A stretch of 64,000 bases of DNA from an uncultured Alphaproteobacteria bacterium. GTDB taxonomy: Bacteria > Pseudomonadota > Alphaproteobacteria > Rhizobiales > Rhizobiaceae. The notes under the pieces were generated by a model. It was not told the origin of the DNA, made no database searches, and was given only the letters and a program-made list of their open reading frames with translations. Made by a program: the position numbers and the translations under genes. The stretch lies in contig CAWDIY010000036.1 in the NCBI GenBank assembly GCA_963802455.1, positions 16,052 through 80,051 of the forward strand. The letters are read 5' to 3'. Shown in pieces: positions 50,030-60,589 of this stretch (positions are counted from its first letter, which is position 1; the number at the start of each line of letters is the position of its first letter).

Positions 50030-50702
50030 AGTGCGAGACCGGATTGAGGCCACGTATCCGGTCGGCCAGCAATGGCCGGAACGAGGGGCGCGACTTCATC
50101 CGCACATACCAGTCGCGGGCCGCCGGCGCGTCTTTCCAGTCGATCTCGCCGAGATAGTCGAGAATTGATATGGCGGCGGCCGCCGTCAGGTCGGCATAGG
50201 AGAGCCTAGATCCCGCCAGCCAATTGCGCGTGCCCGCGAGCCAGTTCAGATATTTCATGTGCTGCTTGATATTGCCGCGCGCCGCGCGCAGCGCAGATGA
50301 ATCCGGCGCGCCGCCGCCCTCTTCGACGGTCATCTGAATCTTGAAAACACGCTCGCGCACAAAGTGGCGGGTGACCTCGCTTTCGAGCTTGGTCAGGAAC
50401 CAGTCGCACAGGCGGCGGATTTCCGCGCGCTCAAACGGATCTTCCGCAAACAGACGCTTATCACGTTTTAAGACGCCGCGCGTCTCATCCAGATACTCGG
50501 CGATCACCATGCCGCCCGGCACGACGCGGTTATGCTCGGCAAGCAGGACCGGCAGTGTGCCCGCCGGGTTAATCGCCAGGAATTCGCGCCGCTTGGCCCA
50601 AGGCCGTTCTTCGATCAGCGTCGTCTCCACCTCATATTCAGTCAGCGCCAGACGCACGAAGCGCGAAGGTGTGGACATGATGTTGTGGAACAGTGTCAAC
50701 AT
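50010..50702 (-). CDS. Glutathione S-transferase family protein
   Basis: 230-aa intact ORF with an N-terminal thioredoxin-like and a C-terminal helical GST layout. Confidence 0.7.
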   Translation of the reverse strand: MLTLFHNIMSTPSRFVRLALTEYEVETTLIEERPWAKRREFLAINPAGTLPVLLAEHNRVVPGGMVIAEYLDETRGVLKRDKRLFAEDPFERAEIRRLCDWFLTKLESEVTRHFVRERVFKIQMTVEEGGGAPDSSALRAARGNIKQHMKYLNWLAGTRNWLAGSRLSYADLTAAAAISILDYLGEIDWKDAPAARDWYVRMKSRPSFRPLLADRIRGLNPVSHYADLDF

Positions 50703-50832
50703 TTTTTCTTGGGTGCGATCCGTGTGCGAGGCGCTCTTGATAAGGGATTCCCCGCCAAAAGTGAATCAGCTATAGGCACATAAGGCGCGGGTGACAAGCA
50801 ATCCGAAATGCCGCCAACCTGCGGGGGATTTC

Positions 50833-51639
50833 ATGGATTTTATCACGGGCGCGCAAGCGCTGTTCCTTGGTCTCCTGGAGGGCCTCACCGAGTTTATCCC
50901 GGTTTCCTCCACCGGGCATATCCTGTTGGCGGGGCACTTTCTCGGCTTTAAATCGACCGGCAAAGTTTTCGAAATTGTCATTCAGCTCGGCGCGATCTTG
51001 GCGATCCTGTCGGTTTATTTCGCCAAGCTCTGGCGGCTGCTCATTGATTTTCCGAAGGATGCGCGCACGCGGCAGTTCGTCTTCGGCATTCTCATCGCCT
51101 TCTCTCCAGCGGCACTGATCGGGGCTTTCGCGCATGATTTCATCAAGACGGTTTTGTTTGAATCGCCAAGGCTGATCTGTATGATGCTCTTGATCGGTGG
51201 CGTGGTCCTGCTTGCCGTGGACCGGATGAACTTCAAGCCGCGCTTCACCAACATTATGGATTTCCCTCTTTCGCTCTGCCTGAAGATCGGGCTGTTTCAG
51301 TGCCTCGCCATGATCCCCGGCACGTCCCGCTCCGGGGCCACCATCGTCGGCGCGCTTTTGATGGGAACCGACAAGCGGGCGGCCGCCGAATTCTCGTTCT
51401 TCCTCGCCATGCCGACCATGGCCGGGGCGTTCGCTTATGACCTCTACAAGAACCGCGATATTCTGAGCTTCGACGATTTCGGCATCATCGCGCTGGGCTT
51501 TGTTGCGGCGTTTCTCACGGCGGTGTTTGTGGTGCGCCATGTGCTCGACTATGTCAGCCGCTCCGGCTTTGCGCTGTTTGCCTGGTGGCGGATTATCGTG
51601 GGCGCGGCGGGCCTCGCAGCGCTGGCGGCCGGTTTTTAG
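50833..51639 (+). CDS. uppP: Undecaprenyl-diphosphate phosphatase
   Basis: ATG 50833 ([29 protein letters not shown]). Second motif [10 protein letters not shown]. Confidence 0.9.
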   Translation: MDFITGAQALFLGLLEGLTEFIPVSSTGHILLAGHFLGFKSTGKVFEIVIQLGAILAILSVYFAKLWRLLIDFPKDARTRQFVFGILIAFSPAALIGAFAHDFIKTVLFESPRLICMMLLIGGVVLLAVDRMNFKPRFTNIMDFPLSLCLKIGLFQCLAMIPGTSRSGATIVGALLMGTDKRAAAEFSFFLAMPTMAGAFAYDLYKNRDILSFDDFGIIALGFVAAFLTAVFVVRHVLDYVSRSGFALFAWWRIIVGAAGLAALAAGF

Positions 51640-52632
51640 CGCAAGAGGAATCCGCCGCCGAGCGGGTCGTCGTGCTCAACAATGTAGCTGGCCTCTCCTG
51701 AATAATAGGCTCTGCCGCCGACGCGGGCAATGATGGCGTCATGCGGGCCGCGCCGTACCGTCCGCGCAACTTCGCCCGTGAAGCGCGCGCCAGTGACACT
51801 CTCGAAGATGCGCTGTTCGCCAATGCCGACTCCGCCCTTGGCATGCATGGCGGCGAGCCTTGCGGTGACGCCCGAGCCGGTGGGTGAGCGGTCCACCTCG
51901 CGGTCGGCAAAGACGCAGACATTGCGTGTTCGGTGAAACCTTGCCATTGCCGCCGTCGGTGATGATTGTGCCGTAGAGAAAGGCGAGGTCCGCTGAATCC
52001 GGGTGTGAAAGCGCGATGCCCTTGGCCGCCAGCGTCAGGGCGTCCGCCGCATCGGTGAAATCGCGGATGGCGGAGACGCCAAACTCAAGGCCGAATTGCG
52101 CCGCTTCAATCAGGCAGTAGAACGCCCCGCCGTAAGCAATGTCGAAGATGACGGGGCCGAAATCGCCGAGGTCGAGCTCGATGTCCCTGGCGAACAGAAA
52201 GGCCGGGACGCTCTCGAAGCTGACATTGCCCGCCTTGCCGTCCTTCACCTCAACATCGGCAATGACCATGCCGCAAGGACATTCAATATTAACCCGCGTC
52301 ACCGGCTCCCGCACGGCCACCAGCCCCCTCTCCACCGCATAGCGGCCAAGCGCGATGACAGCGTGACCGCACATGGTGGAATAGCCCTCATTGTGCATGA
52401 ACAGCACCGCAAGGTCCGCGCCGGACAGGTCCGGCTCGACCAGCAGCGCGCCATACATGTCATGATGGCCGCGCGGCTCGAACATCAGAATTTTGCGCAG
52501 ATGGTCGAGATTGTCGCGGACATAAGCGCGCTTTTGAAGGATCGTGCCCTTGGGCAGCGGCGGGTAGCCGGAAGTGACGATCCGCAGCGGCTCACCGCCG
52601 GTGTGCATGTCGGTGACGGTGAGTTTTTCCAT
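51636..52632 (-). pseudogene. Proline racemase-family enzyme, trans-3-hydroxy-L-proline dehydratase type (Cys/Thr catalytic pair), one +1 frame break near 51945
   Basis: ATG 52632 (MEKLTVTDMHTGGEPLRIV). The first catalytic site is STMCGHA. ORF 51739..52788 continues in ORF 51636..51947, which carries DRSPTGSG (Thr where racemases/epimerases have Cys). Confidence 0.75.
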
Positions 52633-52643
52633 AAGCCGAGTGT

Positions 52644-53545
52644 TCAGAAATCCGCCATCGGCGTCAAGGCGAAAGGCCGGGACGGCAGCAGGGAAAGATC
52701 GCCGCGCGCCATGAAAGGCAGGCGGTTTTCGTCGATGACGGCCTTCTGCTTGCCAATCCAAGCAGGTCGGGAGAAAAGAAGCACTCAACCGATGCGCCGC
52801 TGGCTTTGAGCAGCGCCGAAGTAATGGCGCTGCATTGGCGGGATGTTTTCAGCGGCAATGTCCAGCAGCTGAAACACGCCGCCATCTGCTCACGCGCCAT
52901 GCGATGACGGCATCATGGCTTTCGAGCAGCGACAGACTGATGCTGCGGTCCCAGAAGGCGTTGACCAGAAACATGGCGGGGTGGCTCAGCGGGGAAAACA
53001 GCGCCGAGGCTGGCGCCCGGTTATTGATGTATCCGGTGAGCAGCGCGACATCGTCTTGATCGTCCATGCTCAGGAGACGGGCCGGACTAGCCTGCCCGCC
53101 AATGGAGCAGGACCGGTGAATTTCTGCAGCGGCACGGTCTTGAAGCCATACGGCTCATACATTGCGGGCTTGTCGGTGTAGAGGATGGAAAGATCATATT
53201 CCTCCGCGTCAATCCACGCAAAGGCGCGCTGCATCAGATCGCGGTACAGGCCCTTGCCGCGATGCTCCGGCCGCACCGCGCCGGACTGCAGCGCGGCGAC
53301 TTTCCGGCGCATGGCCATTGACCATCATCGGCATGGAGAAGGCGGAGAAATTGGCGGCGCAGACGCCTAGCCTCGTCAAACCATGCGAACGGCATGGAGG
53401 ACGGCTCCATGCCGCCGAGATCGTCGAGCACGCTGATGTCGATGTGGAATGTGTCCCGCAGCAGGTCCGCCAGCGCCTTCCAGCCGGCGGGGTCGGCGAA
53501 ATAGTTCTGGCGGAACGTGAGGCCGCCCGTGTCCAAATTTTTCAT
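52644..53545 (-). pseudogene. GNAT-family acetyltransferase-like gene, at least 5 frame breaks
   Basis: ATG 53545 overlaps the dut stop (ATGA). Pieces lie in all three frames: [25 protein letters not shown]..., LGVCAANFSAFSMPMMVNG, RRKVAALQSGAVRPEHRGKGLYRDLMQRAF (acetyl-CoA motif), MDDQDDVALLTGYINNRAP..., ...AWIGKQKAVIDENRLPFMARGDLSLLPSRPFALTPMADF. Stop at 52644-52646. Confidence 0.6.
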
Positions 53546-53997
53546 TTCGTTCCCGTCGAGCCAAATCCACCCGCGCCTCGCGCTGACTCTGACAGTTCTC
53601 TGACTTCAACTATTTGCGCAGTCGCCACAGGCGCGATGACGAGCTGCGCGATACGCATTCCCCTCGTCACGATGAACGGCTCCGCTCCGAGATTGGCGAG
53701 GATGACTTTCACTTCGCCGCGATAGTCGCAGTCAATTGTGCCCGGCGAGTTCAGGCAGGTGACGCCATGGTTCAGCGCCAGCCCTGAGCGCGGGCGGACC
53801 TGGCCTTCGAAGCCTTCGGGGACTTCGAGGACAAGCCCAGTTGGAACCGCCAGCCGCGCACCGGGCGCAAGCGTCAGCGGAGCGCTTTCAGGCACGGCGG
53901 CGCGCAGGTCCAAACCCGCCGCGCCTGCGGTTTCATAGGCAGGCAGCGGCAAGTCCTCGGCATGGGAAAGGCGCTTGACGCGCAGCGCGGGTTTCAT
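53542..53997 (-). CDS. dut: dUTP diphosphatase
   Basis: ATG 53997. dUTPase motifs [22 protein letters not shown] and [10 protein letters not shown] are present. Confidence 0.9.
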   Translation of the reverse strand: MKPALRVKRLSHAEDLPLPAYETAGAAGLDLRAAVPESAPLTLAPGARLAVPTGLVLEVPEGFEGQVRPRSGLALNHGVTCLNSPGTIDCDYRGEVKVILANLGAEPFIVTRGMRIAQLVIAPVATAQIVEVRELSESARGAGGFGSTGTK

Positions 53998-54160
53998 GCG
54001 CCCTGCCCTAGCGGCGCGAAAGGGAAACATCAATCGTTAAGGCACAAAATTCAAAACCGGCAATACTCCGGGTTGCAGCCGGGGAAACACGCCAAGTTGC
54101 TTCAAATTCTCCAAAACAAGGCTACACTGCAGACGCAAGGGAACAAAAAGGGCATGCTTC

Positions 54161-55345
54161 GTGGCAGAATTGGAGGAACTCAGCGATCTGGTTCTGGAAA
54201 TTTATGACACGGCGCTCGATCCTGGGCGCTGGCCTGATGTGCTCGAAAAAGTCTCGCACTATGTCGGCGCGCGCGGGGCGTTTATCTTTGAATTGCAGGG
54301 CGTCGGCGCCGCGCAGAAGATTTTCGCTCCGTTTTTTTCAAGCTCCTATGACCCTGCAATCGTCACCAAATATCTGCAGGTGCATAATCAGCAAGAGCTC
54401 GCCGACCAAGAGATTTTCGCCCGCCTTTCGAGGCGCACCGACCGAATTCAGCTGATCGGCGACGATGTGCTGACCGAGACGGAGGAGGAGCTGGTCTCCA
54501 GGGCAAATGTGCAGGAGATGATGCGCAACGGCCTGCGCTACCGCGCCGGAGCGCTGCTCAACAAGGACCAGCTCAACCAAGACCGGTTTGCCCTGCAGTT
54601 TTCCAAGCGCGGCGGGCCGATCACCGCTGAGACGGCGCGCAAGGCCGAGCTGATCCTGCCGCACATCGCCAAGGCGCTCAATGTCAGCCGCCCCACAACG
54701 CAGCTGGCATTGAAGTTCCGCTCGGTCGCCGACTGCCTCGACCAGTTGGTGATAGGCATCTGCATTCTGGATTCCAATGGGTCGATCATTCTGGCCAATC
54801 AGGAATTCCGGCGGCAGATGGACTGGCACACTGTGTTCCGCGCCGACCCGTCCGGCAAGCTCCTGATGCGCACCGATCAGGCGCAGCAGACACTGACACA
54901 TCTGCGCAAGGATGTGGCAAATCATGGCAGGTTCGGCGCGCGGCCGCGCAAGGAGGCGATTGTCTCCACCGTCGGCGGCGAGCCGCACACGCTGTGCGTC
55001 GAGGTGGTGCCGCTGCATTCTTCCCGCGAGATGGGCGAGAGCGATTTGGACGGCCATATCATCTACAGCATGGACACCGGCAATTCCTACAAGATCAGCG
55101 GCGATGTTCTCTCTGAAATGTTCTCGCTGACCCATGCTGAATCCGCCGTGCTTGAGCTGATGGCCGACGGGCTGACAAACAGTCAAATTTCCGAGCGTCG
55201 GTCGAAATCCATCGAAACCGTGAACAGCCAGGTCAAGTCGGTTCTGGTCAAGACCGGCACCGCGAACCGGACCCAGGCGATACGCCTCGCCACCAATATC
55301 AGTTCCTCCTTCATTTTGGACGCCCATCACCCAAATGGGGGATGA
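54161..55345 (+). CDS. LuxR/FixJ-type HTH transcriptional regulator with a large uncharacterised N-terminal sensor region
   Basis: 394-aa intact ORF with a GTG start. C-terminal HTH: LTHAESAVLELMADGLTNSQISERRSKSIETVNSQVKSVLVKTGTANRTQAIRLA. No receiver or autoinducer-domain motif was recognised. Confidence 0.75.
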   Translation: MAELEELSDLVLEIYDTALDPGRWPDVLEKVSHYVGARGAFIFELQGVGAAQKIFAPFFSSSYDPAIVTKYLQVHNQQELADQEIFARLSRRTDRIQLIGDDVLTETEEELVSRANVQEMMRNGLRYRAGALLNKDQLNQDRFALQFSKRGGPITAETARKAELILPHIAKALNVSRPTTQLALKFRSVADCLDQLVIGICILDSNGSIILANQEFRRQMDWHTVFRADPSGKLLMRTDQAQQTLTHLRKDVANHGRFGARPRKEAIVSTVGGEPHTLCVEVVPLHSSREMGESDLDGHIIYSMDTGNSYKISGDVLSEMFSLTHAESAVLELMADGLTNSQISERRSKSIETVNSQVKSVLVKTGTANRTQAIRLATNISSSFILDAHHPNGG

Positions 55346-55429
55346 AAGGACTGGCGGCTTGCGTAAAATGCGCTAACGTTGGGTAAGGCCGGGCGCTGGC
55401 GCGACTCGGCAAAAAAGTGGGGATTTGCC

Positions 55430-57349
55430 ATGCGCGAAACACGCTTCCGTCAATTGCTGCTTTCGATGTTCCTGCTGGCGCTGGCTGCTGTTCCGGCTAT
55501 GGCGAAAGACAGCATCACTTGTCTGGGCGGCCTGACATGCCTGGATCAGGGCTGGACCAATGCCGAGCGCAATGTCTGGTATCGGACGACGCAGGGTTCG
55601 CGGCTTCTGCCGCTCGACTGGATGATGGCGCTGGAACTGGCCGGGTCGCAGGAAAAGTTCATGTCCGACGCCAATATGGCGCGGCTCGGCTATTTGCCCG
55701 AAAACGCGTCTGGCGCGAATGAGCAGGGCCTTCCTGTCGGCTTCACCGTGGATCAGGACCGGTCCAGCGGCGCCGATCTGATGTGCGACGTTTTCCCCAA
55801 AATGTGCGAGAACGGCGCAATGCGCCGCGCATGGATAGGCATGAACTGCTCTGCCTGCCACACAAATGATATCCAAATCGGCGACAAAAAATTGCGGGTG
55901 GAGGGCGCTCCGACGCTGGCGGATTTTCAGGGTCTTGAAGAGGACCTTCTGGCTTCCATCAAGGAAACTTCCGCCAATACGGTGAAGTTCGACCGGTTCG
56001 CCCTAGCCGTCCTCGGCGCAGATGCAAATCCCGAGGACAGGGTGTCGCTGCAGGACGAACTGAAAGAACAGATCGAATGGCAACAGAAACTGCACGACAA
56101 GAACGCCGCCCCGGTGCGTTACGGCCACGGCCGTTTGGACGCGCAAGGTCATATCCTGAACAAGGTGACGCTGACGACCGGCGAAAAGCTGCTCCCAACA
56201 GTGCTCGCCGACGCGCCCGCCAGCTATCCGTTCGTATGGAACACATCGCAGCAGAAAAAAATTCAGTGGAACGGCATCGCGACGAACAAGGCGCGCATAC
56301 CATTCTTTGGCCTGGACACTGATTTGGGCGCGCTGATCCGAAATGTCTCCGAAGTCATCGGCGTCTTCGGCCACATTGACACAAAGGACCGCAAAGCCTG
56401 GCGCGGTTACAATTCGAGCGTGCGCGTCAAGGAGCTGATCGGGCTTGAGCGGCAATTGGCGAGCCTTCAATCGCCGCAATGGCCGACAGATTTGCTGGGG
56501 GCCCTTGATGCTGCAAAAGTTGAGGCCGGCAAGAGCCTGTTCATCAAGAAGTGCAGCGAATGCCATGACCATCTCAATCCACAGGACACATCCACTCCGA
56601 TGAAGGAGCGCATGGACCCGATCACGGCGCAGGGCACTGACATATTTCTGGCCTGCAACACTTTCCTCCACGAATCAAATGCCGGCAAATTTGCCGGGCA
56701 GAAGACTTTTGGATTTGTCGGCCAACGTCTCCTGCCGGTGGAATTCACCCGCAACATGCTTGTGAACACCACTGTGGGCACAATCCTCGGAAAGAGCGAC
56801 GAGCTGATCGAAGGCATGTTCACCGACGTTCTGGCAACGGGCCGGGGCGCAAAAGACGCCCGCGAGATTGGCATCGACTATCTGCCGGGAGTCAAAGACC
56901 CTGCCAAGAAGAAGGCCGCTGAAACCTGCCTGAGCAAGCGCTATCCCAAAGACAAGCAAGACGAAAATATCCTGCAGTACAAGTCACGCTCGCTCAACGG
57001 AATTTGGGCGACCGCCCCCTATCTGCACAATGGTTCGGTGCCGACGCTCTACGACCTCCTGCTTCCCAGCAGCATGCGGCTGACCGCGCGGATTAACGAT
57101 GCCGCTCCGGTCATTGCGGGCGAGACGCGCCCCGTTGAATTCTATGTGGGCTCGCGCGTTTTCGATCCGGTGAAAGTGGGTTTTGCAACAGACAAAAGCG
57201 CGCCGGGCAATAAGTTCCTGTTCAGCGCAATTAACAAACAAACAAAAGAGCCAATTCCGGGAAATTACAATTCCGGCCACGATTACGGCAATGCAAAGCT
57301 TTCAGAAACTGACCGTCAGAACCTCGTGGAATACCTGAAGAGTCTGTGA
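55430..57349 (+). CDS. Secreted dihaem c-type cytochrome, RoxA/MauG/cytochrome-c-peroxidase-like
   Basis: ATG 55430 with signal peptide [25 protein letters not shown]. Two CxxCH motifs are in frame: CSACH (55847-55861) and CSECH (56552-56566). A conserved [23 protein letters not shown] segment is present. GC is lower than in the flanks. Confidence 0.65.
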   Translation: MRETRFRQLLLSMFLLALAAVPAMAKDSITCLGGLTCLDQGWTNAERNVWYRTTQGSRLLPLDWMMALELAGSQEKFMSDANMARLGYLPENASGANEQGLPVGFTVDQDRSSGADLMCDVFPKMCENGAMRRAWIGMNCSACHTNDIQIGDKKLRVEGAPTLADFQGLEEDLLASIKETSANTVKFDRFALAVLGADANPEDRVSLQDELKEQIEWQQKLHDKNAAPVRYGHGRLDAQGHILNKVTLTTGEKLLPTVLADAPASYPFVWNTSQQKKIQWNGIATNKARIPFFGLDTDLGALIRNVSEVIGVFGHIDTKDRKAWRGYNSSVRVKELIGLERQLASLQSPQWPTDLLGALDAAKVEAGKSLFIKKCSECHDHLNPQDTSTPMKERMDPITAQGTDIFLACNTFLHESNAGKFAGQKTFGFVGQRLLPVEFTRNMLVNTTVGTILGKSDELIEGMFTDVLATGRGAKDAREIGIDYLPGVKDPAKKKAAETCLSKRYPKDKQDENILQYKSRSLNGIWATAPYLHNGSVPTLYDLLLPSSMRLTARINDAAPVIAGETRPVEFYVGSRVFDPVKVGFATDKSAPGNKFLFSAINKQTKEPIPGNYNSGHDYGNAKLSETDRQNLVEYLKSL

Positions 57350-57461
57350 CCGGACGCGCTTTTGTTACGCCTCGTCTCAATTAGTGAAGCCGCCTTGCCG
57401 CTTTCCCGCCGCATTTCATCGTTTTCTGGCCGCAATTCTTAACGTTTGCGGGGCGATTCAC

Positions 57462-57806
57462 TTGAAAGTCAAAACAGCAATTCTGGGCGCGCTTGCCGTG
57501 TCATTTCTTGGGTTGACCGGCGCCAATGCCGCCGAATGCGGCCGCGCATCTTGGTATGCGCTTCATTCAATGACCGCCAACGGCGAGCGGATGAACCCGT
57601 CAGCCATGACGGCTGCGCACAAGAGTCTGCCTTTTGGCACGCGCATCAAGGTCATCAACAAGGCCAACGGCAAGAGTGTCGTAGTGCGCATCAATGACCG
57701 CGGCCCGTTCATCCGCGGTCGCATTGTTGACCTCTCCAAAGCTGCGGCAAGGTCTATCGGCATGATCCATTCCGGCCATGCCAAGGTCTGTTACACGCGC
57801 ATCTAG
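57462..57806 (+). CDS. RlpA-like double-psi beta-barrel (DPBB) protein
   Basis: Signal peptide [22 protein letters not shown], then [55 protein letters not shown]. The start is ambiguous (TTG 57462 or GTG 57384). Confidence 0.7.
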   Translation: MKVKTAILGALAVSFLGLTGANAAECGRASWYALHSMTANGERMNPSAMTAAHKSLPFGTRIKVINKANGKSVVVRINDRGPFIRGRIVDLSKAAARSIGMIHSGHAKVCYTRI

Positions 57807-58685
57807 AGCAGAACCTTGGGCTCGTGCCGCCCGTTCAAGCGGATATCGGCGATGAAGGTCTTCCCGGCATCCGGCGCGGCGGCGAGGGCTTGTTCACTCA
57901 TTAGCTTGTAAGCCGACGTCACAATAATCCTGTCAGCGTCCTTCCCGGCGAAAGCGGGGCAGGAGGTCTGCGGCGACATCGGTACGGCGAACCTTGAGAT
58001 TTCGCGTCCATCGGGCGCGTGGCAGACAACCTCCCCCGCCCCCCAGCGCGCGTTCCAGACATTGCCGTCCGCGTCGCATACCGAGCCGTCAATCCAGCCT
58101 GCGCCCTTGTGTTCATAAAACAGCTGCGGCGCGCCGATGGGCAGCGCCGTGCCGGGATCGATGGCGACGCGCATCAGCTGATGCGTCGGCGTATCGACGA
58201 AGTAGGCGGTTGCGGCGTCCGGGGAAAAGCAGATGGAATTCGGGATGGTGATGTTTGCAAAAAGCTTCCGGACGCCGCCTTTGAAGAAAGTGATAAATGG
58301 CCCCGGCTTCTGCCTCCTCATCAATACCCATCGTGCCGAACCAGATCGCGCCGCATGGATGGGCGCGGGCGTCGTTGGAACGGGTGATCCTGTTGTCCGC
58401 TTCCACGCCGGTGTGCGGCGACAGCGCGCCTGTGGCGCGGTTGCGCATGTGCAGGCCCTGTTCGGACAGGATCAGCTGGCGGCATGCATCGACGGAGAAT
58501 ATTGCGCTGGCCATGAAGGGCAGGTCATGGATCTTGGTTTGGCCGGTGTCGAAACCGTGCTCCAGCAGCTTCCTGTCCAGAATGTCGAACCAAAACAGGG
58601 TGTCCGTCTCCGGCTCATAAGACGGCCCTTCGCCGAGGCGGCAACGCGTTTCATCCAGAATGCGGATAGTAGGCGCGTCGCTCAC
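57803..58685 (-). pseudogene. SMP-30/gluconolactonase/LRE family protein, one +1 frame break near 58290
   Basis: ORF 58113..58685 (GTG start, MSDAPTIRILDETRCRLGEGPSYEP) continues in ORF 57803..58324 (...FKGGVRKLFANITIPNSICFSPD...). Confidence 0.75.
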
Positions 58686-59312
58686 TTGTCCGCCTCGTCA
58701 TAAGCGGCGACTGCGATGGCGGCGCGCTTGGCGACTTCGGCTGCGGAGAAGCCCGGCTTATAGAGACTGGAGCCAAGGCCGAACGTGCGCACACCGACTT
58801 TCATATAGTCGGCGAAGTTCGCCTCCGACACGCCGCCGACCGCGCCGACTATGCAGTCGGCAGGCAGGATGGCCTTGATGGCGGAAATGCCGGCGGGGCC
58901 GGGAATTGAGGCCGGGAAGAATTTCAACGCCGACGCCCCGCATTTCAATGCCAAGAGCGCCTCCGTCGGCGACAGGACGCCCGGCATCGACACCATGCCA
59001 TGGTGCGCGGCGCGGGCGAGAACCAGCGGATCGACATTGGGCGTCACCAGCAGCCGCCCGCCCGCATCGTGCAGCCGGTCAACATTTTCCGGCGATCAGA
59101 ACGGTGCCGGCGCCGATCCAGACATTATCCGGCGCGCGCTCGGCCAAGGCATGGATTGAATCAAACGGATGCGGCGAATTCAGCGGGACTTCGATGGCCT
59201 CGAACCCGGCCTCCATCAACGCCTCGCCAATGGGGATGATCTCCTCCGGCTTTACTCCGCGCAGAATGGCGACCAGATTGCGCTTGAATGGCGGCCAATG
59301 GGCTGATTTCAT
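58682..59312 (-). pseudogene. dgoA: 2-dehydro-3-deoxy-6-phosphogalactonate (KDPGal)-type aldolase, one +1 frame break near 59095
   Basis: ATG 59312 ([24 protein letters not shown]...EVPLNSP). ORF 59079..59339 continues in ORF 58682..59047 (TPNVDP...ALKFFPAS...). Confidence 0.7.
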
Positions 59313-59471
59313 CTGAAGCTCTCCCCGTGGGTGTTTCAAGGCGGTTGGCCCGCCTTATCAAGTGCCGGCGCGGGCCATTGTCAAGCGGTCGGGGCCGATT
59401 CCTCCGACCTTGATTTCGGCCGGCCAAAGCCTCACACACGCCACATTGTTTCTCAAAATGCGGGCTGTGCC

Positions 59472-60416
59472 ATGGCGCTGAAGATCGCGGTCCAGATGGA
59501 CCATATCAGCAGGATAAATATCGCGGGCGACACCACGTTTGCGCTGTGTCTTGAGGCGCAAAACCGGGGCCATGCATTGTTTCATTATGTGCCGGATCAA
59601 TTATCGCTGCGCGGAAGCGCGGTGACGGTTAAGCTTGAGACTTTGAGCGTCAAAGACGAGGCGGGGGCGCATTATGTGCTGGGAAGCCCAGTGCGGACCG
59701 ATCTTTCGGAGATGGACGTTGTTCTCCTTAGGCAGGACCCGCCGTTCGACATGCATTACATCACCAACACGCATCTGCTGGAGCGGGTGCATCCGCAGAC
59801 GCTGGTGGTCAATGATCCGAAATGGGTGCGCAACTCGCCGGAGAAAATTTTCGTCACCGAGTTTGCCGACCTGATGCCGGAAACGCTGATCACGCGCGAC
59901 AATGAGGAAATCCTCGCCTTCCGCCGCGAGTTTGGCGACATTATCCTGAAACCGCTCTACGGCAATGGCGGCGCGGGCGTGTTTCATCTGCGTGAGGACG
60001 ACCGAAACCTCTCTTCTTTGCTGGAAATGTTCAACGCGCTGACCCGCGAGCCGATCATCGCGCAGCGCTATCTGAAAGACGTGCGGGCCGGCGACAAGCG
60101 CATCATCCTGATCGACGGCGAGCCGGTCGGCGCGATTAACCGCGTGCCGGCGGAACATGACGCGCGCTCGAACATGCACGCGGGCGGGCGCCCGGAGAAG
60201 ACGGCGCTGACAGAGCGCGAGCTGGAAATCTGCGAGCGGATCGGGCCTTCCTTGCGCGAGCGGGGCTTCATTCTCGTCGGCATTGACGTGATCGGCGATT
60301 ACATGACCGAGATCAATGTGACCTCGCCGACCGGCATCCGCGAGATCAAGCGCTTCGGCGGAGCCGATGTGGCGGCGCTGTTCTGGGACGCGGTGGAGAA
60401 GCGCCGGGCGGCTTGA
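59472..60416 (+). CDS. gshB: Glutathione synthetase
   Basis: ATG 59472 ([25 protein letters not shown]). ATP-grasp segments [15 protein letters not shown] and [11 protein letters not shown] are present. Confidence 0.9.
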   Translation: MALKIAVQMDHISRINIAGDTTFALCLEAQNRGHALFHYVPDQLSLRGSAVTVKLETLSVKDEAGAHYVLGSPVRTDLSEMDVVLLRQDPPFDMHYITNTHLLERVHPQTLVVNDPKWVRNSPEKIFVTEFADLMPETLITRDNEEILAFRREFGDIILKPLYGNGGAGVFHLREDDRNLSSLLEMFNALTREPIIAQRYLKDVRAGDKRIILIDGEPVGAINRVPAEHDARSNMHAGGRPEKTALTERELEICERIGPSLRERGFILVGIDVIGDYMTEINVTSPTGIREIKRFGGADVAALFWDAVEKRRAA

Positions 60417-60484
60417 GGCGAAACGGAACGTTTGTTCTTGTTTTTCAACGGGTTGCAATCCGCTTACAGCTTAACCGTTAATAA

Positions 60485-60499
60485 GTTCTATTTTTGTTC
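60485..60499 (+). promoter_or_regulatory. Alphaproteobacterial LexA (SOS) box candidate GTTC-N7-GTTC upstream of comM
   Basis: gttc tattttt gttc lies about 90 nt upstream of the comM start, in an AT-rich leader. Confidence 0.55.
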
Positions 60500-60589
60500 T
60501 TTTCATGCGCGTTAAAGTGTGCTTATTTCATTCCGGCACTGAATTTTTGCAACCAAGTGCGGCTCTGGTTGCGGGCAATGCGGGGACGG

